Virus record (IMG/VR): IMGVR_UViG_3300017911_002528
Location: 1-37,239 of that record
DNA: 37,239 nucleotides
DNA from: a virus
Taxonomy: Duplodnaviria > Caudoviricetes
Reading direction: 5' to 3' (one strand)
Of the stretch, positions 1-7,997 are shown in pieces (position 1 is the first letter of the stretch; each line of letters starts with the position of its first letter). The notes under the pieces were generated by a model. That model made no database searches and was not told the DNA's origin. It saw only the letters and a list, made by a program, of their open reading frames with translations. The position numbers were made by a program, and so were the translations under genes.

Positions 1-576
1 TATTCTGATTTCTTTCCATGATACTAATTTTTGTTTTACTAAATCTCTGATGTGTCTTTGTTTTTGACTGAGTTGACTGTTGCCACTCTTGACTTCGATG
101 AATGTAATTTCATCATCGCCAAATGAAATGTAATCGATTGGCTGTCCTAAAAATGAACAGCGTTCGGGTTCAAATTCAAATTGATCTAAAAATGGTGCGA
201 GTGTTTCGGCGATATGTCCAAGCCTAACCTCACCGCTTTTCTTTTGTGATAATACTTTTTTGCGCGCCGTTGTTTCGTCATTTAATTTTTTTTCCAATTC
301 AATTATCTTTGATTCTAATTGTTTTTCTTTTTGTTTATAATCTTGATTACTAGATTGAACATTGTTTTGTTGTTTGTCGAGGGCGCTTTGTAAATTTTTT
401 ATTGTTTGTGTGAAGTTTTCTTCGCGTGTTTGATGCTCCACATCGTGTGCATTCAATCGCATTCTCAAAAATTCATTCTCATTTCTCAATTCATCAACAA
501 CGCTTTCATCTTGCTTGGGCTGATATATATACCAAACCAAACCCGCAATAATTAAAATGCATATTCCTTCAAACAT
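1..576 (-). CDS. Holliday junction resolvase-like PD-(D/E)XK endonuclease (Endonuc_Holl/COG4741-like) with N-terminal TM helix and coiled coil; stop codon beyond window edge
   Basis: Not in the ORF track; translated by hand from ATG 576: MFEGICILIIAGLVWYIY (hydrophobic), coiled coil, then SGEVRLGHIAETLAPFL...FLGQPIDYISF...FIEVKSGNSQLSQKQRHIRDLV...WKEIRI, open to base 1. Confidence 0.8.
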   Translation of the reverse strand, partial: MFEGICILIIAGLVWYIYQPKQDESVVDELRNENEFLRMRLNAHDVEHQTREENFTQTIKNLQSALDKQQNNVQSSNQDYKQKEKQLESKIIELEKKLNDETTARKKVLSQKKSGEVRLGHIAETLAPFLDQFEFEPERCSFLGQPIDYISFGDDEITFIEVKSGNSQLSQKQRHIRDLVKQKLVSWKEIRI

Positions 577-589
577 GTACGATTATAAA

Positions 590-1042
590 TTATAAATCAC
601 ATCGTTCCACAATCACACCTGCTTTTTTTAATAAATTTATACCTTGTTCGTCTTTATATAATTCATTGTATACAAGGCGATGTATATCAGATTGTATGAT
701 TAATTTTGAGCAATCAAGACAAGGTGATGCGGTTGTGTACATTGTTGCACCCGCGCTCGACTGTGTGCTTTTTGCGAGCTTGGTAATTGCATTACTTTCT
801 GCGTGCAATACCTCAGGTTTCGTGACCAGCGTATAGCCCCGTGAAGCAAGCATGTTTGGAACTTCATCCTCTACCTCACAATTGTTATCAAAACCTCTTG
901 GAGTGCCGTTGTAGCCATCGCTAATGATGGTTCCGTCACGCACAATCAAACAGCCAACCTGCTTGCGCCGAGCCTTAGACAGACGCGACCAAACAGTGGC
1001 CATTTGAATGTATGTACGATCTAGTTCATTCTGATGCGGCAT
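590..1042 (-). CDS. dCMP deaminase
   Basis: Zn-deaminase motifs HAESNAI and SPCLDC, plus VGCLIV...GYNGTPRG; start moved to ATG 1042 (MPHQNELD). Confidence 0.93.
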   Translation of the reverse strand: MPHQNELDRTYIQMATVWSRLSKARRKQVGCLIVRDGTIISDGYNGTPRGFDNNCEVEDEVPNMLASRGYTLVTKPEVLHAESNAITKLAKSTQSSAGATMYTTASPCLDCSKLIIQSDIHRLVYNELYKDEQGINLLKKAGVIVERCDL

Positions 1043-1526
1043 CTTGCTTTTTCCAAAGCTGATAACTCTCAAGACCTTTCAAATCTTTGACATTGATTTG
1101 TGTGATCTCTTCGGGTTTGCCGCTTCGTTTATAAATTCTATACTTTGCTTTTTTGGCAAGATCAACAAAAGGCAGATCGTATCTTATCTTTCCGCCGTTC
1201 AACATCTTTACCATTTCTTTACGATTCACAACAATAAAATCATAATTTCTTTCGAAAGCTACAAAATGTGCGTCGCCATGAATCCATCCATCTTCACCCT
1301 TGGCGTTTTTGAATTCAATCCACAACCATTCTTGGCTTTGTTTTTTGTTTTTGATTTTTTTGACATCAAAACGAATTTCCATAGGCTTTCCGTTTTTGCC
1401 TTTTGCTTTAAGAAGATGTGTGACATTGTTGTAATCTCTTCGGTATGCGCGCTTGGGAGAATATCCCCTTGCAGTCGCAAGATCTTCAAAAGAAATCTTC
1501 TGTTCTTGACTCGGTAACTCTTCCAC
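1026..1526 (-). CDS. Putative PD-(D/E)XK-fold phage protein
   Basis: FE...FDVK...WIEFKN..G..GW..G.A.FVAFE pattern recalls restriction-endonuclease-like phage proteins; GTG start overlaps upstream stop. Confidence 0.5.
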   Translation of the reverse strand: MEELPSQEQKISFEDLATARGYSPKRAYRRDYNNVTHLLKAKGKNGKPMEIRFDVKKIKNKKQSQEWLWIEFKNAKGEDGWIHGDAHFVAFERNYDFIVVNRKEMVKMLNGGKIRYDLPFVDLAKKAKYRIYKRSGKPEEITQINVKDLKGLESYQLWKKQDAASE

Positions 1527-1720
1527 TATCTTATCTTGGCTGGAGAGGATGTTTTCACAACTTTAACTTTTCGTTGGTCGGGATCTTTCCACGTCTTTAG
1601 CATATCAACAAGCTTTTGCGCGCGAGCTTCTGCATCCTCGCGGGATGCATAATTTCTATCTTCAATTCTTCGCGAATTGCGAGTCACTACATATACTGTT
1701 TTTTCTTTTGTGTCTGTCAT
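1526..1720 (-). CDS. Hypothetical protein (64 aa)
   Basis: Fits tightly in the minus-strand gene run. Confidence 0.7.
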   Translation of the reverse strand: MTDTKEKTVYVVTRNSRRIEDRNYASREDAEARAQKLVDMLKTWKDPDQRKVKVVKTSSPAKIR

Positions 1721-1727
1721 TTTTTTA

Positions 1728-2654
1728 TTATATTGATTCTATTAAATTTTTACCGAAATTGGTGATTTTTCTTTCGCCGTCGATTTGTATAAAGTTTTTT
1801 CTGAGTAGATAAACTTCGTGATCTCGTCGTAAACTTGTTGGACTAAGACCTGTAACAGCAGAAAGAGTTTGCAGCTTGCAGCTTCCACGATCAGCAAGTA
1901 TCTCGAGAATTTGACGCTCGGTGCATGTGATGCCGTGCGGTAAAATACCAAGTAGATCTGTAAGCTTGTGATAATCTTCTGCATCAAATGTGTTTTGATT
2001 TTCACTTTCACAATACAAACAAATTTCTTTGCTTCTCATTACAGCATTTCGAGCATTACCACGAACAGTTAAAGATAATTTTTGCAACGCTTCATCACTA
2101 AAATTTATACCATCACAATTTAATTTGATGATGTCTGATAGATTGTCGCTTGAATATTGTTCAAAGTCAACTGTGCTAAGACGATCTTTTAATGGAGGAA
2201 ATAGTTTATCACTTTCGGTTGTGGCGAAGATGAATGTTTGCTTGGTGAAATCGAATGTGAAGGTTTGTTCTTCGTATGTGAATTCTTTGGTGTTTGTTTT
2301 TTCGGTGTTGAAAATGGTGAGAAACGCCATCGTGAGATCTTTGGGAAGCGCATGAGCTTCATCAAAAAGAATGGTAATCTCATTGTTCATGATCAATGGA
2401 ATAAAGATTTGCTCGAAGAATTGCTCGTTGTTTTTAATTGTCGAACAATTGAGTTCAAGAAATGGACGCTTGCTGCCATCGCGATTCTTGAGGTTTTTCG
2501 CGAACTCTTTTGCAAACAATGTTTTGCCAAGGCCCTTTGCGCCGACCAAGTTTAAAAATGGACAAACGCTTGTTGCTTCGTATGCTTTAAGATAAAAATT
2601 GAGCTTCTTCTTTACGTTGTCTTGCCCAATAAGATGAGAAAAATAATTATTCAT
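1728..2654 (-). CDS. ruvB: RuvB-like Holliday junction branch-migration AAA+ ATPase
   Basis: LIGQDNVK start, Walker A GAKGLGKT, Walker B ILFDEAH, FATTE..L..PLKDR, sensor-2-like RGNARNA, C-terminal winged-helix-like E.YLL...FIQ...GERKIT; start at ATG 2654 overlaps the upstream stop. Confidence 0.88.
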   Translation of the reverse strand: MNNYFSHLIGQDNVKKKLNFYLKAYEATSVCPFLNLVGAKGLGKTLFAKEFAKNLKNRDGSKRPFLELNCSTIKNNEQFFEQIFIPLIMNNEITILFDEAHALPKDLTMAFLTIFNTEKTNTKEFTYEEQTFTFDFTKQTFIFATTESDKLFPPLKDRLSTVDFEQYSSDNLSDIIKLNCDGINFSDEALQKLSLTVRGNARNAVMRSKEICLYCESENQNTFDAEDYHKLTDLLGILPHGITCTERQILEILADRGSCKLQTLSAVTGLSPTSLRRDHEVYLLRKNFIQIDGERKITNFGKNLIESI

Positions 2655-2916
2655 TGTCAAAGTCGGTAAGTGCGTATTCAATCTTGTCTTCTGCAGATTG
2701 TAGATCAGAAAAATCATGAGAAACTTTCTTGCCTGAAAGGTAGTTTGCGTAAAGTCTTCCCTTTACCCAGTCCTCGCTCACAGGAATTTTGTTAACATCT
2801 TGCGCGGCAAGATCAAGAATCTCTTGAATAGACAAGGTCACAATAGCGGAACCGCCTTTGCCACTGTTGCGGCGTTTGCGGGGAGTACCATCTTTGTTTA
2901 ATGAGATTTTTTTCAT
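2647..2916 (-). CDS. Hypothetical protein with basic N-terminus, possibly DNA-binding
   Basis: KDGTPRKRRNSGK basic patch; first gene behind a sigma70-like promoter. Confidence 0.7.
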   Translation of the reverse strand: MKKISLNKDGTPRKRRNSGKGGSAIVTLSIQEILDLAAQDVNKIPVSEDWVKGRLYANYLSGKKVSHDFSDLQSAEDKIEYALTDFDNE

Positions 2917-2924
2917 ATGAGAGT

Positions 2925-2953
2925 ATTATCTCATAATGTGGCGCTTTAGTCAA
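2925..2953 (-). promoter_or_regulatory. Sigma70-type promoter, near-leaderless
   Basis: TTGACT-17 nt-GATAAT with TG at the extended -10 position; 8 nt to ATG 2916. Confidence 0.7.
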
Positions 2954-2961
2954 GCGAAAAA

Positions 2962-3180
2962 TTAATCTAAATCGATATCCGAATCAAATTCTACATTTCC
3001 TTCATTGGCAAGTTCGACTACTTTTTCTTGTAATGCTCCAATGATTGTGATTGTATTGATGTCGTATTCGTCAATATAGCGGTAAATTAAGTTCTCCAAA
3101 TCCATTCGAAATGAATCTGTTTGCTCGTCATAATCTAGTGGTCCAGAGATAAATAATTCTTCGTCATTTTCGTCATTCAT
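2962..3180 (-). CDS. Small acidic hypothetical protein
   Basis: 72 aa, D/E-rich; ATGA overlap with upstream gene. Confidence 0.7.
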   Translation of the reverse strand: MNDENDEELFISGPLDYDEQTDSFRMDLENLIYRYIDEYDINTITIIGALQEKVVELANEGNVEFDSDIDLD

Positions 3181-3467
3181 AAGTATTTTATATACACTTC
3201 AAATAATTTAAATGCGCGCTCAACTTTTTGTTCGCGTTGACGTTTTCGTGTCGGAGATTTTAAAATTGTGTTGGTTTGTTTTATTTTGAAACCAAAAGCT
3301 ATGTCATCCAAAATAGCTCGCCATTCTTGTTCTGTGAGGTTTTCGGGGCGATCTTTTATTTTTTTCTTTTTCGCGGCTATTTTTTCAAGAACAAATTGTT
3401 GTATTGTTTTGTCTTGAGTTTTTTTTGCAAAAGGATTTAAAGATTTTATTTTGTCTAGTATTTTCAT
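3177..3467 (-). CDS. Basic hypothetical protein
   Basis: K-rich ORF; ATG 3467 gives an ATGA overlap with the upstream stop. Confidence 0.65.
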   Translation of the reverse strand: MKILDKIKSLNPFAKKTQDKTIQQFVLEKIAAKKKKIKDRPENLTEQEWRAILDDIAFGFKIKQTNTILKSPTRKRQREQKVERAFKLFEVYIKYL

Positions 3468-3886
3468 GCGTTCCAAAAATTGTTTATGATGTCTTGAGTG
3501 GGTTCTATTAAGCTATGTAATTGACAACAAAAATCATTTTTACTAGTCCAATCCATTGCGTTTTGTAACATGTATATGTATCTTACACTTTCTGATACTC
3601 CAAAGTCATAAAAACAACATTGCATTTCGCGGCGATTCTCATTTATCAATTCGGCGATCAAAAAAGGAGGCGTTGTTTCTATCGCTTCTATCAATATCTC
3701 ATAGAACAATTGTCCATGATCTGTGTTTTTTTCAAAATGTATGTTTCGCATGCTTGTTCCATTCGCCGCCACTCCCATCAGCAACATTTTATCAACAAAA
3801 TATTCTTGAAAGTTTTCCAGCTTGTCATAAAAATTAAGCCGTGAACTTTCATCGAATATATATTTTTCTGTGCTAGAAGCTAACAT
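3464..3886 (-). CDS. Hypothetical protein (140 aa)
   Basis: ATG lies 4 nt after the tmRNA CCA end; fits the gene run. Confidence 0.65.
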   Translation of the reverse strand: MLASSTEKYIFDESSRLNFYDKLENFQEYFVDKMLLMGVAANGTSMRNIHFEKNTDHGQLFYEILIEAIETTPPFLIAELINENRREMQCCFYDFGVSESVRYIYMLQNAMDWTSKNDFCCQLHSLIEPTQDIINNFWNA

Positions 3887-3890
3887 AAAA

Positions 3891-4257
3891 TGGTGGACGC
3901 GGCGAGACTCGAACTCGCGTCTTTAAACCTTCAAAAATATACATCTACAAGTTTAGTTTATTTTTTTTATAGTTAAGATATAAACATCCAACTATTCATT
4001 TCAATTATTTACAGTTTGTGATATGAATAAACTTTTTCTGTTTTGCAGATGGTTGACCCCTCACCTACCGTATCTGCGTCCGACAGGGAGGGGGTAGCAG
4101 AACTAAGCTGCTAACGCAAGAGCCTTAGCCACAGGGCTGAAGCTCTCAACACGATTTTTATTCTTGCCATGTACAAGTTTGTGCCTTTTAACGAAGCCGG
4201 GCACCTCTTCGACTTGCAGCATATGAATCCAATTTAAATCAAATCCAGTACGCGCCC
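3891..4257 (-). ncRNA. ssrA: tmRNA, complete one-piece
   Basis: 5' GGGCGCG pairs with 3' CGCGTCC-ACCA with G3:U wobble (Ala identity); T-arm GCGAG-TTCGAGT-CTCGC; tag frame 4168-4103 reads GKNKNRVESFSPVAKALALAA*; 367 nt. Confidence 0.95.
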
Positions 4258-4275
4258 AAAAATGTGAAAGAACAA

Positions 4276-4461
4276 TTATTTGTCACCATTCTTGCCAAGA
4301 TCGGCGAGACCTTGACCAAGAATATAAGCAACAACAGGAGTTACAATCTGCATGATTGCGTCTTGAGTAAGACCCAATCCCCACAGGTGATTAAGAATAG
4401 GCACCGCAGTGGCTACTGCAGCTGCCCAAAACTTTTTACTATGCCAGAATGGTTTTTCCAT
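4276..4461 (-). CDS. Putative holin-like small membrane protein
   Basis: 61 aa, two hydrophobic segments, SKKFW.A...YILGQGLAD pattern; preceded by the TAGTGTAA motif. Confidence 0.55.
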   Translation of the reverse strand: MEKPFWHSKKFWAAAVATAVPILNHLWGLGLTQDAIMQIVTPVVAYILGQGLADLGKNGDK

Positions 4462-4470
4462 AACGTTTTC

Positions 4471-4478
4471 TTACACTA
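4471..4478 (-). promoter_or_regulatory. Candidate late-promoter motif TAGTGTAA
   Basis: 9 nt before ATG 4461; identical 8-mer at 9408, 9428 and 14298. Confidence 0.6.
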
Positions 4479-4483
4479 AAGGG

Positions 4484-4813
4484 TTAGAACAATTCTTCGG
4501 GAATGTCCTCGTCAGAGGAATTTGAAGAAGCAGAAGAAACTTCTTGAGCTGCTTGTGCTGCAACTTGCTCGACACTAGCTTGCGATTCAGTATCTTCAGA
4601 ACGATAAACTACATAATCAGGAGCTTTTTCATTCTTTTCTCTGCCTTTGTTGGTGAACACAACAACCTTTACAGGTTCTGTGACCCCAGGCATTGTTTCT
4701 ACGTTGATAGTACCAGAAAGATACTTTTGATTCTTGCCACTTCGTACCCACAGAGCTCCGAGCTCGCGACTACGCCACTTTGATTCTTGCTTTTCTTGCG
4801 TTTGATTACTCAT
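4484..4813 (-). CDS. DUF736-like protein, possible single-stranded DNA-binding protein
   Basis: ELGALW...KYLSG...VVF.N...KAPDY core, Q/A/S linker, acidic tail SDEDIPEELF. Confidence 0.6.
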   Translation of the reverse strand: MSNQTQEKQESKWRSRELGALWVRSGKNQKYLSGTINVETMPGVTEPVKVVVFTNKGREKNEKAPDYVVYRSEDTESQASVEQVAAQAAQEVSSASSNSSDEDIPEELF

Positions 4814-4815
4814 AA

Positions 4816-4992
4816 TTAATTTGATTTGTTATATAAATTTTTAAGTTCTTGTATAAATAAAGGTTTTGCACCTTTGCTAAGTTTGCTGTATTGTTTTTTG
4901 GCGCGAGAATATACTCGCTTGCTTGTTGCATCACTACAATTTGGATCGTAATTTAATATTTCTCTGATTTGTTTTGATACTTTGCTGTTCAT
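4816..4992 (-). CDS. Small basic hypothetical protein
   Basis: Start set to ATG 4992 (MNSKVSK); the track's TTG 5028 is the -35 box. Confidence 0.7.
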   Translation of the reverse strand: MNSKVSKQIREILNYDPNCSDATSKRVYSRAKKQYSKLSKGAKPLFIQELKNLYNKSN

Positions 4993-4999
4993 GGAATTG

Positions 5000-5028
5000 A
5001 TTATAGTATAATTTGAAATGAATGTCAA
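5000..5028 (-). promoter_or_regulatory. Consensus sigma70 promoter, near-leaderless
   Basis: Perfect TTGACA-17 nt-TATAAT; 7 nt to ATG 4992. Confidence 0.85.
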
Positions 5029-5031
5029 GAA

Positions 5032-5556
5032 TTAATTTAATGTTTTAAAATAATTTATTGATGCGGGTTCGTAATTGTTGCGAGTGTAGTAATTATTTAT
5101 GCCTGAATTTTTCTCTCTTGTGAAATTGTGCAGTGCTGGATCTCTTCCAATCTTGATAACTTTAAAACCTTCTTGCCTGGCGTAATTTTCTGCGTGGCGC
5201 AATAGTTCAATCATTACTTTTTTGTCGCCAATGGAAGATGGAAACTTGCCTGGCATTTGCCATAAAACTTCTTCAAAAATATTTTCACTCATCATGAAAT
5301 TAAAATTAGCACCGAAAACGCATCCTGCAATACTTGTGTCGCCAATTTCATAACTCCATATTTTAATATATGGAAGTATGCCTTCGTTTGCCAGAGAGTG
5401 AATGAGTTGTGATTTTAGATTTTTTTCTATTGAATCCGGATCAAAGTTCCTACCTTGTCTACAGGATTGCGTGCGCCAAAAGAATTGATTTTGCGGACAG
5501 TTCCACTGTTTCGCTAGTTTTTCAAAATGGTTTATATTTGTTACTTCTTTGATCAT
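5032..5556 (-). CDS. Putative GNAT-fold acetyltransferase-like protein
   Basis: IAGCVFG...EEVLW...ELLRHAENYARQEGFKVIKIG...NYYTRNNY resembles GNAT motifs A/B; acetyl-CoA loop atypical. Confidence 0.5.
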   Translation of the reverse strand: MIKEVTNINHFEKLAKQWNCPQNQFFWRTQSCRQGRNFDPDSIEKNLKSQLIHSLANEGILPYIKIWSYEIGDTSIAGCVFGANFNFMMSENIFEEVLWQMPGKFPSSIGDKKVMIELLRHAENYARQEGFKVIKIGRDPALHNFTREKNSGINNYYTRNNYEPASINYFKTLN

Positions 5557-5562
5557 ATTGTT

Positions 5563-5688
5563 TTATTTACTATAAAAATCATCATCTTTCTTTTTCTGAA
5601 ATCCAAAAACAATTGCAGCTAATAATCCAAAAAATAAAAAATCACCTGTAAAAAATTCAAAATATGAGGCCGCGAGAACTTGTATCAT
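5563..5688 (-). CDS. Small membrane protein (41 aa)
   Basis: Hand-translated MIQVLAASYFEFFTGDFLFFGLLAAIVFGFQKKKDDDFYSK*; ATGA overlap with upstream gene; fills the gap. Confidence 0.65.
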   Translation of the reverse strand: MIQVLAASYFEFFTGDFLFFGLLAAIVFGFQKKKDDDFYSK

Positions 5689-6224
5689 CTAAATTCTTTT
5701 CTTAGCAGACGCCAACGATCTGAATCGATAGGTTTGTTTCCATCATCAATAGCATACAGCATTTCAACAATTTCGTCAACACTATTGTAAATGTATTTAT
5801 GCGGAAACATGCCAAGCATCCATAGTGGAGTTTTTGACTTGCCGCCTTCCATGCTAACGAATACAGGTTTTTTTTCGCGAACAGCTGTGACGATTTCTTC
5901 GGCACTTCCCCAACTTGCCACTTCAGGAACAAGATGTGCAATAATAAAATCACTGCGATCAACCAAGTTCAAATCGTATGCGCGCACAGTTTTCATGCGC
6001 TCGGTCACGCGATCATATTGTTTTGTACGCATCCATGTTTCCATTTCTTGGCGACTTGCTTCATCTTCTTCTACATCTTTGATGAATGGTTTTTTGTATG
6101 GATCAAAACATGTGATGCTCAATGGCTCAAGCTCTTTTGTTACATGATCTCTCCAATTACGACCGCTCACATATTGCATGTGGCCCACCAAATAACATTT
6201 GGTTCTGTACAATAGATTTTTCAT
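5685..6224 (-). CDS. Nucleoside 2-deoxyribosyltransferase / nucleotide N-glycosidase family protein
   Basis: YLVGHM...WR...FDP...DLNLVDRSDFIIA...SWGSAEE...KPVFV match NDT-superfamily motifs, including the putative catalytic Glu. Confidence 0.75.
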   Translation of the reverse strand: MKNLLYRTKCYLVGHMQYVSGRNWRDHVTKELEPLSITCFDPYKKPFIKDVEEDEASRQEMETWMRTKQYDRVTERMKTVRAYDLNLVDRSDFIIAHLVPEVASWGSAEEIVTAVREKKPVFVSMEGGKSKTPLWMLGMFPHKYIYNSVDEIVEMLYAIDDGNKPIDSDRWRLLRKEFR

Positions 6225-6230
6225 GCTTCA

Positions 6231-6259
6231 ACTATAACACATAGTCGAAACATTGTCAA
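6231..6259 (-). promoter_or_regulatory. Sigma70-type promoter, leaderless
   Basis: TTGACA-17 nt-TATAGT with extended -10 TG; 6 nt to ATG 6224. Confidence 0.8.
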
Positions 6260-6262
6260 GCT

Positions 6263-7996
6263 CTATCGAGAAGCAATAACGTGAACGTAATATTGAGAAG
6301 TTAATGCAGACGCAAAATTAATTTTAAAATCTGTGTCTGTTATTTCAGATATCATGTATGGTACAATTGTTGCCGAGCTTTCGGAAGTCCATGTTGCTAC
6401 AGCTGATTGTTTCCATCCTTCTGCAGTCAATACATAAACATAATTATCATCGTAATCAAAATCACCAAGGTTGCCTGTATCGCTTTTTGTGGATGTTGCA
6501 AGGGGAAGTTTTCCCCATAATGTTCCATCAATGCAAATATAATAAAAATCATTATCAAAATCCGTATCTCCCGCAGAACCTGATGCGCGAATAACCTCTG
6601 CCATTGTTGCTCGTCGCCATGTGTCTGTATCTACTGCGATATAATATTCCCAACTATCCAAAAATATTTCACCAGGATCTCCGGGGTCGGTCGCACTAAA
6701 AGATATTTTTCTTTCAAGGGTTACAGATACTGTTGGTGATTTCGCAAATGAGCTTGGATATGTTATTGTATAATTGTCTTGACCCTCAATCACATAATCT
6801 TTGAATGATTGAGTGGTTGTTTGATGCAAAGAATATGAAGCATTTGCGGTTGCTTGTGTTTCGACAGAATATTTGTCGCTTGTTAAAGCTTGATCAAATG
6901 AAATAAAATATGAACTATTTGTTATATTTGAAATATTAAAAAATCTAACAGGTTCGCCAGATTCGCTTTGTAGGGTTGCGTGCACAACAGGTGTACTTCC
7001 GAATGTTTTTGGAAAATCAATTTCGTATGTTGTTTCGCCACCAATCAAATTGGTTGTAAAGTGAACAGATTCATCGTATCCTTTGGGAACAAGCTTTTCC
7101 CAGCCTCCATTTTGACCTGTGATATAAAGCTCGTCAACATACGCAGAACCGCTCATTGAGAGTTGCCCAAGTGCTGTGTCAGAATTGATCAATAAACGAC
7201 CATCTGAGTCAACCACGAGCTTCTTGTCGCCGCTCACCGAGAACTCAATAGATTCACCAACAACAACGCTCGAGCCAGTTGCTTTGATTGCTACTTGATT
7301 GTCGGAAAATTGAATATATGTGTCATCATCTCCGACGTGTGCAATTTTATTTTCAACATAAATATCACCAGTTACATTTAAATCGCCGCCGAAATTGCCT
7401 GTGCCAACAACATCAATTGAGCCTGAAAAGTTTGCATCTCCACTAACATGCAAGCCGCTATTGAAAACTCCAGAACCGCCAACAAATAAATCGCCAGATA
7501 CATTGACATCATTGAGTCCAAGATTGCCGCCAAATTCAATTTCACCAAGAGCATTAAGCTCGCCTTCAATACAAACATCTCCTTCCACATGAAGTGCATA
7601 TTCGGGTGTTCTTGTTTTGTCTGCAAATCCGCTACCAATCCCAAGCTTTTCAAACAATCCAGTTTCTGCCACAAAATTGTATCCACTAATATCTCCACTA
7701 TATGTTGTGTCTACTACTTCATTTAAAAATACTGTATCTTCAAATGTGCAAATATCTGCAAATGTTTTTTCTCCACTTATTGTTTGTGCTCCGCTAAGAG
7801 ATACTGTATTTCCTAGAATCGAGCTTTTTAAATTTTTGAATGTTATTTTTTCATTTTTTTGCCCTGATTTTGTGATCAAAAAGAGCACATCTGCGTCGGC
7901 ATTTGAGGCGGATGGATCAACGGGCGCAAGCAAATCAATGTCAGAATATAAAACACTGAGTTCAGGAAGGGTAGATATTCTATTGTCGGTAGGCAT
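6263..7996 (-). CDS. Fibre-like virion protein, paralogue of 7998-9392
   Basis: RISTLPEL start, GAQTISGEKTF, L.V.G beta-repeats, two C-terminal ~80-aa domains (FTTNL..G..TY.I.FP..F...P.V), the second with a 3x insert. Confidence 0.7.
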   Translation of the reverse strand: MPTDNRISTLPELSVLYSDIDLLAPVDPSASNADADVLFLITKSGQKNEKITFKNLKSSILGNTVSLSGAQTISGEKTFADICTFEDTVFLNEVVDTTYSGDISGYNFVAETGLFEKLGIGSGFADKTRTPEYALHVEGDVCIEGELNALGEIEFGGNLGLNDVNVSGDLFVGGSGVFNSGLHVSGDANFSGSIDVVGTGNFGGDLNVTGDIYVENKIAHVGDDDTYIQFSDNQVAIKATGSSVVVGESIEFSVSGDKKLVVDSDGRLLINSDTALGQLSMSGSAYVDELYITGQNGGWEKLVPKGYDESVHFTTNLIGGETTYEIDFPKTFGSTPVVHATLQSESGEPVRFFNISNITNSSYFISFDQALTSDKYSVETQATANASYSLHQTTTQSFKDYVIEGQDNYTITYPSSFAKSPTVSVTLERKISFSATDPGDPGEIFLDSWEYYIAVDTDTWRRATMAEVIRASGSAGDTDFDNDFYYICIDGTLWGKLPLATSTKSDTGNLGDFDYDDNYVYVLTAEGWKQSAVATWTSESSATIVPYMISEITDTDFKINFASALTSQYYVHVIASR

Positions 7997-7997
7997 G

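Noticed and set aside
2655-2717. Track's N-terminal extension of RuvB; likewise extensions at 1043-1072, 4993-5028 and 29532-29612
   Set aside because: They overlap upstream genes or promoters; downstream starts match family N-termini or coupling
3891-3925. tRNA gene or attP-like tRNA 3' fragment
   Set aside because: The matching acceptor half is at 4251-4257 with a tag frame in between, so it is a full tmRNA; no integrase or duplicated end seen
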